This document shows, piece by piece, positions 1 to 9,873 of a DNA stretch of 64,000 nucleotides. The stretch is from Nitrospirota bacterium (lineage in GTDB: Bacteria > Nitrospirota > Thermodesulfovibrionia > Thermodesulfovibrionales > Dissulfurispiraceae). Below the pieces are notes generated by a model. It did no database searches. It saw only the letters and a list, made by a program, of their open reading frames with translations, and was not told the DNA's origin. The first letter of the stretch is position 1; each line of letters opens with the position of its first letter. The position numbers and the translations under genes were made by a program. The stretch lies in the NCBI GenBank assembly GCA_963710375.1, contig CAVPZX010000002.1:576001-640000 (forward strand). Direction: 5' to 3'.

Positions 1-549
1 AAGAATGAATAGAATGAAGATCCACATCCCAAGGTAGTGCCACATCCTTACATAGGACAAGCCTCCCATCATGTTAGTGAACCATGCGAACAGGTTTGCA
101 CCGTGCAGGAACCCGAATGCATAGCCCCTGTAAAGAGCAGACCCCGACACCCCCATAAAAATTATCATCAGGCCCATAAAGAGATACCCCAAAGCCTGAA
201 GTGGATTGTATCTCCCGGTGTCCTTGTAGGTGCCTTTTATGAAGAGGTAATAAGCGAGTGTATCAGGAACGCCGGCAAGGTTTTTCCCTATACCGAAATC
301 CTTCCAGTCGGCTGAGAATCTTGAGTTAAAAGCCAGATACACTCTTACTATAAATCCCAGCACCAGCGCGTATGCCGCAAGTATATGGAAGCACCTCATC
401 CATACATACACATAACTGTCAGGCCCCCCTTTTATGAACGGCGAATGGGTGAAGAAGCCCGTGAATATGAGTATCCCGATTGCTATAACCCTGACCCAGT
501 GGTCGATCCTGTATGCCAGGTTCCATTCATATTTCATTTCGTTTCCCAT
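1..549 (-). CDS. Ni/Fe-hydrogenase b-type cytochrome subunit (3' end outside the window)
   Basis: Not in the ORF track. Manual translation from the ATG at 549 reads MGNEMKYEWNLAYRIDHWVRV...MRCFHILAAY...RYNPLQALGY...VRMWHYLGMW and stays open to base 1. It has transmembrane His heme ligands and the YNPLQ motif, and follows the large subunit. Confidence 0.9.
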   Translation of the reverse strand, partial: MGNEMKYEWNLAYRIDHWVRVIAIGILIFTGFFTHSPFIKGGPDSYVYVWMRCFHILAAYALVLGFIVRVYLAFNSRFSADWKDFGIGKNLAGVPDTLAYYLFIKGTYKDTGRYNPLQALGYLFMGLMIIFMGVSGSALYRGYAFGFLHGANLFAWFTNMMGGLSYVRMWHYLGMWIFILFIL

Positions 550-560
550 GGCATCCCCCC

Positions 561-2152
561 TTAAGAGACCTTGAATTCCATTATGCGATTAGATTCAGGA
601 TGGATCACATGTACCGTACATGCGAGACAGGGATCGAAAGAATGAACAACCCTCAATATTTCCAGAGGTTTATCGGCAACAGCCACTGGCGTTCCAATAA
701 GGGCTTCCTCGATCGGGCCCCTTACGCCGTTGTCATCCCTTGGACACACATTCCACGTTGTAGGCACAACGCACTGGTAGTTCTTGATCTTTTTCCCTTG
801 GACATCTATCCAGTGGCCCAATGCGCCCCTCGGCGCCTCCCAAAGACCGATCCCTTTTGCACTGTCAGGTATCTCGTAAGCAGTATAAACATCTGCATTG
901 CCTTTTTTGATGTTCTCGATGATTTCGAGGCCCCACTGGGTCATGCTATCGGCAACCATCTTACACTCAAGCGCCCTTGCTGCAATCCTTCCGATCACTC
1001 CTAAAAGCACCTGGGGCTGTCCCGCATGACCGATAGCAGCCAAAGTACCGTTAATAAGCTTCTGAACTGTCGGCTGGCCGGACGCATATGCCACCAGCAT
1101 CCTTGCGAGCGCACCGACTTCCATCGGCTTATTTTTCAGTCTTGGGGCTTTGGCCCACGTATATTTCTTGTTTTCGTCATAACCCGTATATTCAGGATCT
1201 GTTTCTCCAACTGCAGGATTGAGCGGTTTGGAATCCTTATACCAACTGTGCGAGGTGTGCTCTGACACATCCTCCGGCTTTGCCTCATGGACCTTTGGAA
1301 AGTCTTCAGCAAAAATCGCGCCTCTTGGCAGCAATCTTTTCTTTGGATCATAAGACGCATCCTCGAATACTCCCCATGACAGGAAATTGGCATGACCTTT
1401 GCCGACCCCTGCATAATCCAGATAATAAGGGGCAACAGCCAGGACATCGGGAATATACACATTATCTACCCAGTCCTGGAGTCTTTCGTCCTGAAAAGGA
1501 AATCTTTCATGTCCTCAATACTCGGAACGTGAGTACATCCCCCTGGAGGGCTGGTCATTGTCATAGGCATTCTTCCGCCAAAAATAGCACTGACTTGAGA
1601 TGCCCTTGATTGCATATTGAGCGCTTCGAGATAATGTGCAACAGCAAGGAGATTGATATCAGGCGGCAGTTTGTAAGCAGGATGCCCCCAATAAGCGTTT
1701 GCAAAAGGTCCGAGCTGCTTTGATTCTACAAAGGCCTTTAATTTCTCCTGGACTCTCTTGAGAGATGTCTCCTTCGGCTGGGCCTTGAGAGCAGATACAA
1801 CATCGACATAATCAAGCGCCGTAAGGTGATAGAACCACAGTATATGGGAATGGACGAACTGGGCGCCCTCAATAATATTTCTGAGCAGTCTTCCATTTGA
1901 AGGGGGTTTCGCCTTAAAAGCGTCATCCATGCTCATGGAAGACGCATGGCCATGAGAAGTGGGACATACGCCGCAGATTCTCTGTGTCAGGTGCCATGCA
2001 TCCCGCGGGTCCCTACCCTGAAGAATAATTTCAAAGCCCCTGAAAAGTGTGCCTGAAGTCCACGCATCCTTAACCTTGCCGCCCTCAATTTCGACATCCA
2101 GCTTAAGATGCCCTTCTATCCTTGTAATAGGATCAATTGTCAGCCTTGCCAT
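561..2152 (-). CDS. [NiFe]-hydrogenase large subunit, group 1; split by a single-base deletion at about 1480
   Basis: ORF 1466-2152 has RIEGH and the L1 motif RICGVCPTSH. ORF 561-1460 has EAPRGALGHW, the L2 motif DPCLACTVH and a 15-aa cleavable tail. Adding one base at GAC-TC-CAG restores ...RTKDxQDWVDNVYIPD. Confidence 0.92.
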
Positions 2153-3258
2153 TATTTTTCACCTCCCTCATCTTTACCCTTCAATCTTCCTGATGCCGCA
2201 GACCCCAACGCATGGACTGCTATGCCCGCCACGGTCACAATTGCCGCAGTCGCGCCAATTTTCTCTGTTGTAGCCTGGTAACCCGCCATTTTGACATCCG
2301 GCAGCCTTTTGTAGAATCCCGCAAATTTGTCAGGCCATCCCGGTTCTGCACAGCCTATGCATGGCCCTCCTGCTCCAATGCACCAGCTGACCCGGTTGTT
2401 GTATCTTACCTTCGGACATGCAGAATATGTCATTGGTCCCTTGCAGCCCATCTTAAACAGACAATATCCAAGCGCCTCTTCCTTCGATCCGAACTTCTCT
2501 ACAAACCTGCCTCCGTCGAAGTGAGACCTGCGCTCACAATTTTGATGAATCGGCTGGCCGTAAAACATTTTAGGTCTTCCTACACTATCGAGTTCAGGCA
2601 GTTTTCCGAGAAGCAGGTAATTTACGATGACCGCGGTAAGGAATTCGACGTTCACAGGACAGAGGTCGAGATTGACAAAAGGCTTGTCGATTCCTACTTT
2701 CTTAAGCGCAGCTGATACGCCGATTATCTGTGAGGGGTTTGGAGCTGCCGACGGCACACCGCCATAGGTGGCGCAGCTTCCTACTGCCAGAATCGCTACT
2801 GCTGGGCCTGCAAATTCTTTAAAAATGTCTATCATCTCCTTGCCGCCGATCGTTCCGAACCCTTTCCTGGTAGGCATACCACCTTCTATTACAAGGATGT
2901 AGCCGCCTGCTTTTCTTGAGGTATCAAGTATTTCTTCAGCTTGTTTACCTGCGGCAGCCTGAATTGTTTCATTGTAATCAAGACTAAGCACATCAAGAAC
3001 CAGGTCGGCCGCACTAGGATATGTCGCTTTGATAAGCGCTTCGGTACAGCCGGAATCAGAAGCAAAATTAAGCCATACAACAGGAGGCCGCTTTGACGCT
3101 TTTTCTATTGCCGCAGCTATCTTTGGAGTATATAGCTCCGACAAACCGAGGAGAGCTGCTGTAGCTCCGCAATACTTCAGGAAATCCCTTCTGTTGACAC
3201 CGCGAAACTCAATTGCATCCAGAAACTTCTTGGTGATTCCATCATCGTTCTCTGCCAT
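2152..3258 (-). CDS. [NiFe]-hydrogenase small subunit, Tat-exported, with C-terminal membrane anchor
   Basis: RRDFLK twin-arginine signal; GSCATYGG, HQNCERR, CLFKMGCKGP and PCIGC motifs; C-terminal TM helix; GGAGG RBS. Confidence 0.95.
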   Translation of the reverse strand: MAENDDGITKKFLDAIEFRGVNRRDFLKYCGATAALLGLSELYTPKIAAAIEKASKRPPVVWLNFASDSGCTEALIKATYPSAADLVLDVLSLDYNETIQAAAGKQAEEILDTSRKAGGYILVIEGGMPTRKGFGTIGGKEMIDIFKEFAGPAVAILAVGSCATYGGVPSAAPNPSQIIGVSAALKKVGIDKPFVNLDLCPVNVEFLTAVIVNYLLLGKLPELDSVGRPKMFYGQPIHQNCERRSHFDGGRFVEKFGSKEEALGYCLFKMGCKGPMTYSACPKVRYNNRVSWCIGAGGPCIGCAEPGWPDKFAGFYKRLPDVKMAGYQATTEKIGATAAIVTVAGIAVHALGSAASGRLKGKDEGGEK

Positions 3259-3348
3259 AGTCCATCCTCCCTATTTTTGTTGGGGTTTCATAAAAAAAGC
3301 CAAGAATTCCAAATGTTCATATATTGACTGATACACTTTTGTGGCATG

Positions 3349-3378
3349 AGCATACAATATGTTAAAACATGATGTCAA
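3349..3378 (-). promoter_or_regulatory. Candidate sigma70 promoter of the hydrogenase operon
   Basis: Minus strand reads TTGACA-N18-TATGCT about 90 bp upstream of the small-subunit ATG. Confidence 0.5.
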
Positions 3379-3462
3379 GACCCATTTCGAACAGCAGATT
3401 TCTAAGTGATGCGTTACTATCTTGCATCCTCCGGAAATCTGAAGTATTATTGAATTGATCTC

Positions 3463-5403
3463 ATGAAAAAGAACCTTACTCATAAGATTCTGGAAGCACA
3501 CCTGGTGGAGGGTGAGTTAATACCCGGCAGCGAGATCGCCATCAAAATCGACCACACACTTCTGCAGGACGCTACCGGAACTCTCGCCATGCTGGAGTTC
3601 GAGGCCTTGGGGCTTGAGCGGGTAAAGGTTGAATTGGCAGCGCAATACGTGGACCATAATCTCCTCCAGACAGATAACAAAAATGCTGACGATCACAAGT
3701 TCCTCCAGACCGCTGCGGCCAGGTACGGCATCCATTTCAGCAAGCCGGGTAATGGCGTCTCGCACCAGGTCCACATGGAGCGCTTCGGAGTTCCCGGCAA
3801 AACGCTTTTGGGCGCTGACAGTCATACTCCGGGGGCCGCAGGCGTCTCCATGCTGGGGATTGGCGCCGGTGGTCTGGATGTGACCCTGGCCATGGCCGGC
3901 TACCCATATTATCTCCCTTGCCCCAAAGTCCTCGGGGTAAGGCTCACAGGCAAACTCCCGGACTGGGTGAGCGCCAAGGACGTGATACTCGAGATGCTCA
4001 GACGTTATGATGTGAAGGGTTGCGTGGGCAAGATCATCGAGTATTACGGACCGGGAGTCAAATCTCTTTCCGCCACGGACCGCGAAACTATAGGGAACAT
4101 GGGCACCGAGACCGGTGCAACAACATCCATATTCCCGTCCGATGATAGGACGCTGGAGTATTTGTCGGACCAGGGACGGGGAGGCAACTGGATCAGTCTT
4201 GCCGCCGATGAGGATGCGGGATACGATGAAGATGCAGAGATAGACCTTTCAAAACTCGAACCGCTCATTTCAAAGCCGTCGTCTCCAGGAAATGTGGTCA
4301 CCGTGCGCGAAGTGGCAGGCAAGAAAGTAGACCAGGTGATAGTAGGAAGCAGCGTGAACTCTTCTTTCCGGGACCTCATGGTGGCAGCAAGGATGCTCGA
4401 AGGCAGACGGGTTCATCCGGAAACAAATTTTCATGTTAATCCCGGAAGCCGTCAAGTGATCGAGAACGTTGCCCAGGCAGGCGGACTTATGGCGTTCCTC
4501 CTGTCAGGGGTGCGTTTGCATGAGCCTGGCTGCCAGGGATGCATAGGCATGGGCCAGGCGCCAGGGACCGGAGAGGTAAGCCTTCGGACCTTTCCCCGTA
4601 ATTTCCCGGGCAGGTCCGGGACCAAAGACGACAAAGTCTACCTCTGCTCTCCTGAGACGGCAACAGCGGCGGGGTTGAAAGGGGTAATCACAGACCCCAG
4701 GGATATGGCGAAAGAGATGGAATATCCGAAGATAGAAGACCCGAAAAAATATACGATCGACGAAAAATCAATCATTTTCCCGACACATGAACTTATAAAA
4801 ACAGTGGTGATAAGAGGGCCAAACATCAAGCCCCTGCCGGACCTTGAACCCCTTACTGAAATTCTTGAAGCAGAGGTGGTGCTCAAGGTGGGCGACAACA
4901 TCTCGACCGACACAATCATGCCCGCAGGCAACAAGGTGCTGCCGTTGCGTTCGAATATCCAGGCGATAAGCGAACATGTGTTCGAGCAGATCGAACCAGG
5001 TTTTGCCGCTGAGTGCAGATCGAAAGGCGTCGTAGTCGTGGTAGGGGGAGAGAATTACGGCCAGGGGTCCAGCAGAGAGCATGCAGCGTTGGCGCCGCGT
5101 TATCTCGGGGTACGCGCAAAGATCGTGAAGAGCTTTGCACGCATCCACAAGTCCAATCTCTGCAATTTCGGTATCCTTCCTCTCACCTTTAAAGACCCTA
5201 AAGACTATGACCGGTTAAGCAAGGGTGCGAATGTCGTATTCCGCGATGTTCGCACCCGTATTAAGAAAGGCGACCGGGAGATTCCGGTTGAAGTGGATGG
5301 ACAGACTGTCATCACTGTCCTGGAAGTGTCCGAACGCCAGAGGAAGCATCTGCTGGCAGGAGGGACGCTGAATTTTGTAAAAAATGAAATACGTAATAGG
5401 TGA
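3463..5403 (+). CDS. Aconitate hydratase (single-chain, about 650-aa type)
   Basis: QDATG, DHN, GADSHT, GCQGCIGMG, RTFPRNFPGRSG, ISTDTIMP and NYGQGSSREHAA motifs. Confidence 0.93.
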   Translation: MKKNLTHKILEAHLVEGELIPGSEIAIKIDHTLLQDATGTLAMLEFEALGLERVKVELAAQYVDHNLLQTDNKNADDHKFLQTAAARYGIHFSKPGNGVSHQVHMERFGVPGKTLLGADSHTPGAAGVSMLGIGAGGLDVTLAMAGYPYYLPCPKVLGVRLTGKLPDWVSAKDVILEMLRRYDVKGCVGKIIEYYGPGVKSLSATDRETIGNMGTETGATTSIFPSDDRTLEYLSDQGRGGNWISLAADEDAGYDEDAEIDLSKLEPLISKPSSPGNVVTVREVAGKKVDQVIVGSSVNSSFRDLMVAARMLEGRRVHPETNFHVNPGSRQVIENVAQAGGLMAFLLSGVRLHEPGCQGCIGMGQAPGTGEVSLRTFPRNFPGRSGTKDDKVYLCSPETATAAGLKGVITDPRDMAKEMEYPKIEDPKKYTIDEKSIIFPTHELIKTVVIRGPNIKPLPDLEPLTEILEAEVVLKVGDNISTDTIMPAGNKVLPLRSNIQAISEHVFEQIEPGFAAECRSKGVVVVVGGENYGQGSSREHAALAPRYLGVRAKIVKSFARIHKSNLCNFGILPLTFKDPKDYDRLSKGANVVFRDVRTRIKKGDREIPVEVDGQTVITVLEVSERQRKHLLAGGTLNFVKNEIRNR

Positions 5404-5409
5404 TGGGTA

Positions 5410-6582
5410 ATGGATAAGGTAAAGAATATTGGACTGCGCGGTGTTACGGTCGCTGACACTAAAATCAGCCACGTCGACGGTGAAAACGGAATTCTCATCT
5501 ACCGGGGCTTCCAGATCGAAGAGCTTGCCCGGAGTTCTTCATTCGAGGAAACGGCTTATCTGCTTCTATATGATGAGCTTCCAAACAAGCAACAACTGGA
5601 GGAGTTCAAGGGCAAGCTGGCCGGGGAGCGGAGCGTCCCGGCTTTCATATTTGAAACTTTCAGGCTACTGCCGGGAAAGGCCCAACCAATGGATATACTC
5701 CAGGCATCCATACCACTCCTTGCCACGGATGATCCCGGTCTGGAGTTGGAAACACGCGAAGCTAACATTGCTAAGGCCATCAGGCTCATCGCTCTTATAC
5801 CGGCTTTGGTGGCCGGCTGGGACCAGATACGTAAGGGCCTGGAGCCTATGCCTCCTGATAATGCACTGTCCCATGCAGGCAATTTTTTATGGCAGCTTAC
5901 GGGCCAGAGGCCTGATACTGAGACATCACGAGATCTCGATACAGCGCTGTTGCTCCACGCTGATCATTCGTTCAATGCATCGACGTTTGCATGCCGCGAG
6001 GTGGTGTCCACGCGGGCGCACATGTATGCAGGGGTTGCGGCAGGCGTTGGCGCACTTTCCGGTAGCCTCCACGGCGGCGCCAATGCACAAGTAATGAAGA
6101 TGCTCCTGGGACTCCGGAACGTTGAGGACATTGCCGGGTGGGTAAGGACTCAACTCGACAGCGGACAGAAGATAATGGGCATGGGCCACGCGGTTTACAA
6201 GACTATGGACCCGAGGGCCCGTTTCCTGAAGGACATGTGTTTCAGACTGGGGAAAAAGCTTGGGCAGGAGCACTGGTGCCGGCTGTCGTCCCAGATCGAG
6301 GAGAGTGCGGTGGCGGAATTCGAGAAAAGGGGCAAGACCACGATCAAACCGAATGTCAACTTTTACAGCGCCGCGGTTTACCATATGATGGGGATTCCGC
6401 TCGACCTGATGACGCCCATCTTTGCCATAGCACGGGTTGCAGGATGGACGGCGCACATCATCGAGGAGAAATTCGGAGATGCCCAGGGAAAGCCGGCTCT
6501 TTACCGGCCCTCTTCCGAGTATGTGGGCAATTACTGCGGCAAGACCGGCTGCACTTATACACCGATAGAGGAAAGGCGGTAA
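5410..6582 (+). CDS. Citrate/2-methylcitrate synthase family protein (catalytic Asp reads as Asn)
   Basis: GLRGV, LIYRG, HADHSFNAST, LHGGAN and GMGHAVYKTMDPRA motifs. The usual PNVDFY motif reads PNVNFY. Confidence 0.9.
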   Translation: MDKVKNIGLRGVTVADTKISHVDGENGILIYRGFQIEELARSSSFEETAYLLLYDELPNKQQLEEFKGKLAGERSVPAFIFETFRLLPGKAQPMDILQASIPLLATDDPGLELETREANIAKAIRLIALIPALVAGWDQIRKGLEPMPPDNALSHAGNFLWQLTGQRPDTETSRDLDTALLLHADHSFNASTFACREVVSTRAHMYAGVAAGVGALSGSLHGGANAQVMKMLLGLRNVEDIAGWVRTQLDSGQKIMGMGHAVYKTMDPRARFLKDMCFRLGKKLGQEHWCRLSSQIEESAVAEFEKRGKTTIKPNVNFYSAAVYHMMGIPLDLMTPIFAIARVAGWTAHIIEEKFGDAQGKPALYRPSSEYVGNYCGKTGCTYTPIEERR

Positions 6583-6585
6583 GAA

Positions 6586-7968
6586 ATGATACGCGGGACT
6601 AAAAGAAAGCTGCAATCAATCAATCCCTATACAGGGGAAGTAATGCGGGAATTCGGACTCGTGACCGGACAGACGATTAATAAAGAAATAGCTCTTTCGC
6701 GAAAAACATTTTCCACATGGCGCGCCACGCCTGTCTCCGAACGGTCAAGCTACGTAAAAAAGTTGGCCGTACATCTCCGGGCGGAGAAACGGACCTATGC
6801 GGAACTGATGACAAAGGAAATGGGCAAGGCCTTCAGGGAGTCGTTGGGGGAGATCGAGAAATGCGCATGGCTCTGCGACTACTACGCGGAGAATGCCCCG
6901 AAGTTCCTGGAGACCGAGCATGTCACGACAGAGGCGGTGAAGAGTTATATAAGATTTGATCCGCTGGGGATCGTGCTCGCGATCATGCCGTGGAATTTCC
7001 CTTTCTGGCAGGCGTTCCGGTTCGGCATCCCGGCGATCTGCGCCGGGAACGTAGTGGTACTGAAACACGCATCCAATGTGCCGATGTGTGCCCTTGCCAT
7101 CGAAGACTCGTTCAAGAAAGCCGGATTCCCGGACAATGTTTTCAAGACGCTGCTCATCGACGCTAAGGACGCACTCAGTCTCATCGATGGTGACAAGATC
7201 GATGCGGTATCGCTCACAGGGAGCAACAAGGCAGGAGAGGAAGTCGGCGCCCATTCCGGAGGAAAGATCAAGAAAATGGTGCTGGAGCTTGGCGGCTCTG
7301 ATCCGTTCATCGTGCTTGAGGATGCAGACATTGAAAAGGCGGGGCGGACAGCGGTCAGTGCCCGAATGCTTAACGCCGGTCAGAGCTGCATAGCTGCAAA
7401 GCGCTTCATAGTTCATGAGAAAATAGCTGCGGAATTCAGTAAACACTTCGTCGCGCGCCTCAGAGAACTGAAGATCGGCGATCCCATGGATGAGTCAACT
7501 GATATCGGCCCGGTTGCAAAGCCTGACATCCTCAACTCCCTGAAAAAGCAGCTCAGGGACGCCAAAGCAAAAGGCGCTGAAGTTATACAGTTAGAACATT
7601 CCTTAAAAAAAGGGCTCTTCTTTGCGCCCTGTGCTGTATATAAAGCAACAAAGAAGATGAAGGTCCTTACCGAAGAGGTGTTCGGACCGATTGCGACCAT
7701 TATAATTGTTAAGGATGAGGATGAGGCGGTAAACGTGGCAAACGATACAGAGTTCGGCCTAGGCGCATCCATATGGAGCAGGGACCACGATCGGGCTGAA
7801 AAACTGGCGGCGAGACTGGAAGCGGGCTGCATAGCCATAAACGATATGGTGAAGTCAGACCCGCGTCTGCCCTTCGGAGGGATAAAGAAATCCGGGTTCG
7901 GCAGAGAGCTGTCGCATTACGGGCTGAAGGAGTTCGTGAACATCAAAAGCGTGGTCGTGAGAGAGTAG
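6586..7968 (+). CDS. NAD(P)-dependent succinate-semialdehyde dehydrogenase (Sad/GabD1-like aldehyde dehydrogenase)
   Basis: [46 protein letters not shown] and [14 protein letters not shown] motifs. Confidence 0.88.
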   Translation: MIRGTKRKLQSINPYTGEVMREFGLVTGQTINKEIALSRKTFSTWRATPVSERSSYVKKLAVHLRAEKRTYAELMTKEMGKAFRESLGEIEKCAWLCDYYAENAPKFLETEHVTTEAVKSYIRFDPLGIVLAIMPWNFPFWQAFRFGIPAICAGNVVVLKHASNVPMCALAIEDSFKKAGFPDNVFKTLLIDAKDALSLIDGDKIDAVSLTGSNKAGEEVGAHSGGKIKKMVLELGGSDPFIVLEDADIEKAGRTAVSARMLNAGQSCIAAKRFIVHEKIAAEFSKHFVARLRELKIGDPMDESTDIGPVAKPDILNSLKKQLRDAKAKGAEVIQLEHSLKKGLFFAPCAVYKATKKMKVLTEEVFGPIATIIIVKDEDEAVNVANDTEFGLGASIWSRDHDRAEKLAARLEAGCIAINDMVKSDPRLPFGGIKKSGFGRELSHYGLKEFVNIKSVVVRE

Positions 7969-7970
7969 AA

Positions 7971-9602
7971 ATGAAGGCATCCGATCTCTTTGTGAAGCAA
8001 CTCGAAGAAGAAGGGGTGGAATACATATTTGGCCTGCCGGGAGAGGAAAACCTCGACTTCCTCGAATCCCTCCGGACCTCATCCATCAAAGTAATTATTA
8101 CTCGCCACGAGCAGCCGGCTGCATTCATGGCCGCGACCTATGGAAGGCTCACAGGAAAGGCAGGGGTCTGCTTCTCTACGCTTGGTCCCGGCGCATTGAA
8201 CCTCGTTACCGGTGTGGCCCACGCTCAGCTTATCGGCGCGCCGCTGGTTTCGATCTCCGGCCAGAAGGCACTCAGAGCGAACTGGCAGGCGCGGTTCCAG
8301 CTGGTCAACGTGGTCGAAGTGATGAGGCCCATTACCAAAGACTCAGTCTCCATCGTTGATCCGGACACCATCCCCACTGTTTTAAGGAATGCCTTTTCGT
8401 TGGCACAAACAGAACGGCCTGGAGCAGTACATCTGGAACTGCCGGTGGACGTTGCTGTTAGCCAAACCAACGCGCAGGTGCAGAAACGGGGATTCACGCG
8501 GAGGCCGGCGCCGGATACCAAGTGCATCACACAGGCAGCCGAACTGATTAACAAAGCTCAGTTCCCCTTGATCATTCTCTCGTCAGGGGCCAACAGGAAC
8601 CAGGTCTGCCGGCAGCTGACGCATTTCATCAATAGGACAGGCATCTACGCGATACATACACAGATGGGGAAAGGCGTTCTGAGCGATGACTCTGAATACA
8701 GCCTCTTCGCAACCGGCATTCACCGTCGTGATTACGTGAATTGCGGAATCGACAGGGCCGATGTGATCATAACGATCGGATACAATATCGTTGAATACCC
8801 GCCATATGTATGGAACAAGAACCTCGACAAGAAGATCATAAATATAGACTTCGCAGAAGCGCCGGTGGACAAATACTACAATCCCGAAATCGACATTATC
8901 GGCGATATTTCATGCGCTCTCAGGCAACTCGGGGAGATTATAACCCCCAAGGAAAACACCGGGACATTCAAGGTCGTGCGGGAATTCCTTAACCGGAAAC
9001 TCGCGCCTGATTTCAATAAACAGTATCCTTTGACACCGCAGGAGGTCGTGTTTCGTGTGCGGGAGGTCCTGTCGCACCAGGATATCCTGACACTTGACAA
9101 TGGAATCTACAAGCTGTGGTTTTCCCGCCTCTACCGTACTTACAGACCTAACACGTTCCTGCTGGATAATGCGCTGGCAACAATGGGCGCAGGACTTTCC
9201 GCCGGCATCATGGCCAAGATGCTTAAGCCCAGTCTGAACGTGCTGGCTGTCGTGGGAGACGGCGGGTTCATGATGAACGCCCAGGAGCTTGAGACCGCGC
9301 TTCGATATAGTGTACCACTCGTAGTCCTGATCCTAAACGACAATGCCTTCGGTTTCATTAAGTGGGAACAACAGGCCAAGGGATTTCCCGGCTTCGCCCT
9401 GGATTATTCCAATCCGGACTTTGTCAAGTATGCTGAAAGCTATGGGGCCGTGGGAGTGAAGGTAAAGGAGGGAGATGATCTGTCAGAACTCTTACGCAAG
9501 GCGTTTGCGCTCAAGAAACTTGTCATTATCGAATGTCCGGTCGATTATTCGGTCAACCTGGAAACCTTCTCAAAAGAACTAGCCAACATCGTCTGCGAAT
9601 AA
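7971..9602 (+). CDS. ThDP-dependent acetolactate-synthase-like enzyme; candidate 2-oxoglutarate decarboxylase
   Basis: IFGLPGEENL, RHEQ, STLGPG, LLDNALATMGAG and the ThDP motif GDGGFMMN...LNDN. No ilvN/ilvH partner; adjacent to SSADH. Confidence 0.8.
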   Translation: MKASDLFVKQLEEEGVEYIFGLPGEENLDFLESLRTSSIKVIITRHEQPAAFMAATYGRLTGKAGVCFSTLGPGALNLVTGVAHAQLIGAPLVSISGQKALRANWQARFQLVNVVEVMRPITKDSVSIVDPDTIPTVLRNAFSLAQTERPGAVHLELPVDVAVSQTNAQVQKRGFTRRPAPDTKCITQAAELINKAQFPLIILSSGANRNQVCRQLTHFINRTGIYAIHTQMGKGVLSDDSEYSLFATGIHRRDYVNCGIDRADVIITIGYNIVEYPPYVWNKNLDKKIINIDFAEAPVDKYYNPEIDIIGDISCALRQLGEIITPKENTGTFKVVREFLNRKLAPDFNKQYPLTPQEVVFRVREVLSHQDILTLDNGIYKLWFSRLYRTYRPNTFLLDNALATMGAGLSAGIMAKMLKPSLNVLAVVGDGGFMMNAQELETALRYSVPLVVLILNDNAFGFIKWEQQAKGFPGFALDYSNPDFVKYAESYGAVGVKVKEGDDLSELLRKAFALKKLVIIECPVDYSVNLETFSKELANIVCE

Positions 9603-9804
9603 ATTTATACAAGGAGCAGTCAGCCCACAGTGCTTCACTCAACTGCCACCCCAAAGGTCTTCGACCTTTCGGGGACCCCGTCTTCTCGCAAGGCATCCAG
9701 CCTTGCTCCGAGGCTATGACAGCCTCTGTCACCATCCTTGGTGTCTCTTAGGCTGTCAAAGTCCGCTCAGCACCATGGCCCGCCTGCTCCTTGTATAAAT
9801 TTAT
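9599..9804. mobile_element. MITE-like palindromic element with perfect 21-bp terminal inverted repeats
   Basis: ATAAATTTATACAAGGAGCAG (9599-9619) and CTGCTCCTTGTATAAATTTAT (9784-9804). Internal hairpins include GCAAGGC-ATCCA-GCCTTGC and AGGCT-ATGAC-AGCCT. Confidence 0.7.
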
Positions 9805-9820
9805 AAATAATATGGTTATC

Positions 9821-9872
9821 TTGAACAAGCAATAAGGCTTGTGATATTCTAAATGTAAATGAATTCTATTTA
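9821..9872 (+). promoter_or_regulatory. sigma70 promoter overlapped by a Zur/Fur-box-like 23-bp palindrome
   Basis: TTGAAC-N18-TATTCT with a TG extension. TAAATGTAAATGAATTCTATTTA (9850-9872) resembles the Zur box TAAATCGTAATNATTACGATTTA and lies just before zur. Confidence 0.6.
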
Positions 9873-9873
9873 T

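Noticed and set aside
561..660. Possible [NiFeSe] hydrogenase, given the Sec evidence elsewhere in the window
   Set aside because: The L2 motif is encoded as DPCLAC with TGT codons; there is no in-frame TGA.
1466..1490. Naturally split large subunit or programmed frameshift
   Set aside because: There is no slippery sequence or RBS for the second half, one added base restores a continuous sequence, and similar indels occur in four other genes.
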